IMG/VR virus record: IMGVR_UViG_3300048599_000917
Coordinates: 1 to 36,191 of that record
Source of the DNA: a virus
Lineage: Duplodnaviria > Caudoviricetes
DNA: 36,191 nucleotides
Reading direction: 5' to 3' (one strand)
Shown: positions 35,146 to 36,191 of the stretch, in pieces
Layout of the letters: the number at the start of each line of letters is the position of its first letter
Numbering within the stretch: position 1 is the first letter of the stretch
Translations under genes and position numbers: made by a program
The notes under the pieces: model-generated
What the model was told of the DNA's origin: nothing
The model's database searches: none
The model's input: only the letters and a program-made list of their open reading frames with translations

Positions 35146-36191
35146 CCAAGATCAAGCTTCAGTTCGTCCAAGCCTTCACCGACCGCCACGGCCGGAAGCG
35201 CTTCTATTTCCGTCGGCCTGGGTACAAGCGAGTGACGCTGCCTGGGTTGCCGGGCTCCGCCGCGTTCATGGACGCCTACCAGAGCGCCCTCGCGGGCGAG
35301 ACCGCCCCCGCCCGCCAGATCGGCGCCGAGCGGACCCAGCCGGGCTCTCTGTCGGCCTTGATCGTCGCCTACTACCAGTCGACGGATTTCGTCGGCCTGA
35401 AGGACAGCACCAAGACCGGCTACCGCAACCACCTCGACCGCCTGCGCGACGAGTACGGGGATCGGCCCGTCGCCATGCTGAAGCCGGCCCACGTTCGCGC
35501 CATCCTCGATAAGCGGGCCGCCACGCCCGGCGCCGCCAACAACCTCCGCAAGCGCCTGCGGTCCCTGATGCAGTTCGCCGTCGAGCGGAACTGGATCGAG
35601 ACCAACCCCGTCGCCGATATCCGCAAGCCCCGCCGCGCGCCCACCGACGGCTTCATCCCCTGGTCGGAAGAGGACATCGCCGCCTACGAGGCGAAGTGGC
35701 CGTCAGGGACGCGTGAGCGCCTTGCGTTGGCCCTGCTGGTCCATACCGGCCAGAGAAGGTCCGACGCCGTCCTGCTGGGCCGCCAGCACGTCAGAGACGG
35801 CAAGATCAGGGTGAAGCAGGTGAAGACCGGCGGCTGGGTCGCGATCCCGCTCCACAGCGCCCTGAAGGCCGAGCTGGACCACGTCGAAGGCGACGCCAGA
35901 CTGACCTTCCTGCAGACACAGTACGGCAAGCCCTTCTCCGCCGCCGGCTTCAGCGCTTGGTTCAAGGCCAGCGCCCAGGAAGCGGGACTGCAGAACCGAA
36001 CCGCCCACGGGCTCCGGAAGGCCGCCGGCCGCCGCCTCGCCGAGGCCGGCTGCACCACCAAACAGATCGCCGCCGTGCTCGGCCACAAGACGATTTCCGA
36101 AGTCGAGCGGTACACCCGCGATGCTGATTCGGAGCGTCTGGCGGACGAGGCGATGGCCGCTCTGGAGAAGGCCCAGAAGGCCGAAGGGTGA
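35142..36191 (+). CDS. int: Tyrosine recombinase / phage integrase
   Basis: TGQRRSD (R), KT, HGLRK (HxxR), LGH, RYT (Y); GTGA overlap start at 35142. Confidence 0.95.
   Translation: MTKIKLQFVQAFTDRHGRKRFYFRRPGYKRVTLPGLPGSAAFMDAYQSALAGETAPARQIGAERTQPGSLSALIVAYYQSTDFVGLKDSTKTGYRNHLDRLRDEYGDRPVAMLKPAHVRAILDKRAATPGAANNLRKRLRSLMQFAVERNWIETNPVADIRKPRRAPTDGFIPWSEEDIAAYEAKWPSGTRERLALALLVHTGQRRSDAVLLGRQHVRDGKIRVKQVKTGGWVAIPLHSALKAELDHVEGDARLTFLQTQYGKPFSAAGFSAWFKASAQEAGLQNRTAHGLRKAAGRRLAEAGCTTKQIAAVLGHKTISEVERYTRDADSERLADEAMAALEKAQKAEG

Larger units (their letters stand above)
1..36191. mobile_element. Temperate prophage, P22-like podovirus architecture; att sites not identified, true boundaries may lie outside the window
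   Basis: Integrase, excisionase, cI/cro, replication initiator, terS/terL, portal, scaffold, capsid, tail and ejection genes in canonical order; no tape-measure, sheath or tube genes recognised. Confidence 0.93.

Overview
This window is almost entirely one high-GC, alphaproteobacterial-type temperate prophage with a P22-like short-tail (podovirus) virion. The host family is inferred from gene styles, not shown. Right end: tyrosine integrase and AlpA-type excisionase, an early operon (ParB-like protein, unknown protein, Topo VI-A/Spo11-like protein), a lambda-like cI/cro immunity region with readable promoters and operators, and an HTH replication initiator with iterons. Middle (minus strand): DUF6456-like late-regulator candidates, a late promoter and terminator, terS, terL, portal, scaffold, N4-gp56-type major capsid, adaptor, tail/fibre genes and three ejection proteins. 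The last ejection protein is a 2145-aa polyvalent protein (ParB-like, GNAT, PBECR nuclease, HExxH peptidase, LPD38-like). Left end: a triple-HTH/sigma-like gene, a self-contained divergent operator-controlled module and a SRAP gene. Most unusual signals: a ~42-bp palindromic element present both in the late leader and inside the giant gene; a CI lacking both autocleavage residues; the triple-HTH sigma-like protein; a stand-alone Topo VI-A-like gene next to xis-int; and no recognisable lysis genes. All family calls are by-eye motif recognition; no searches were run.
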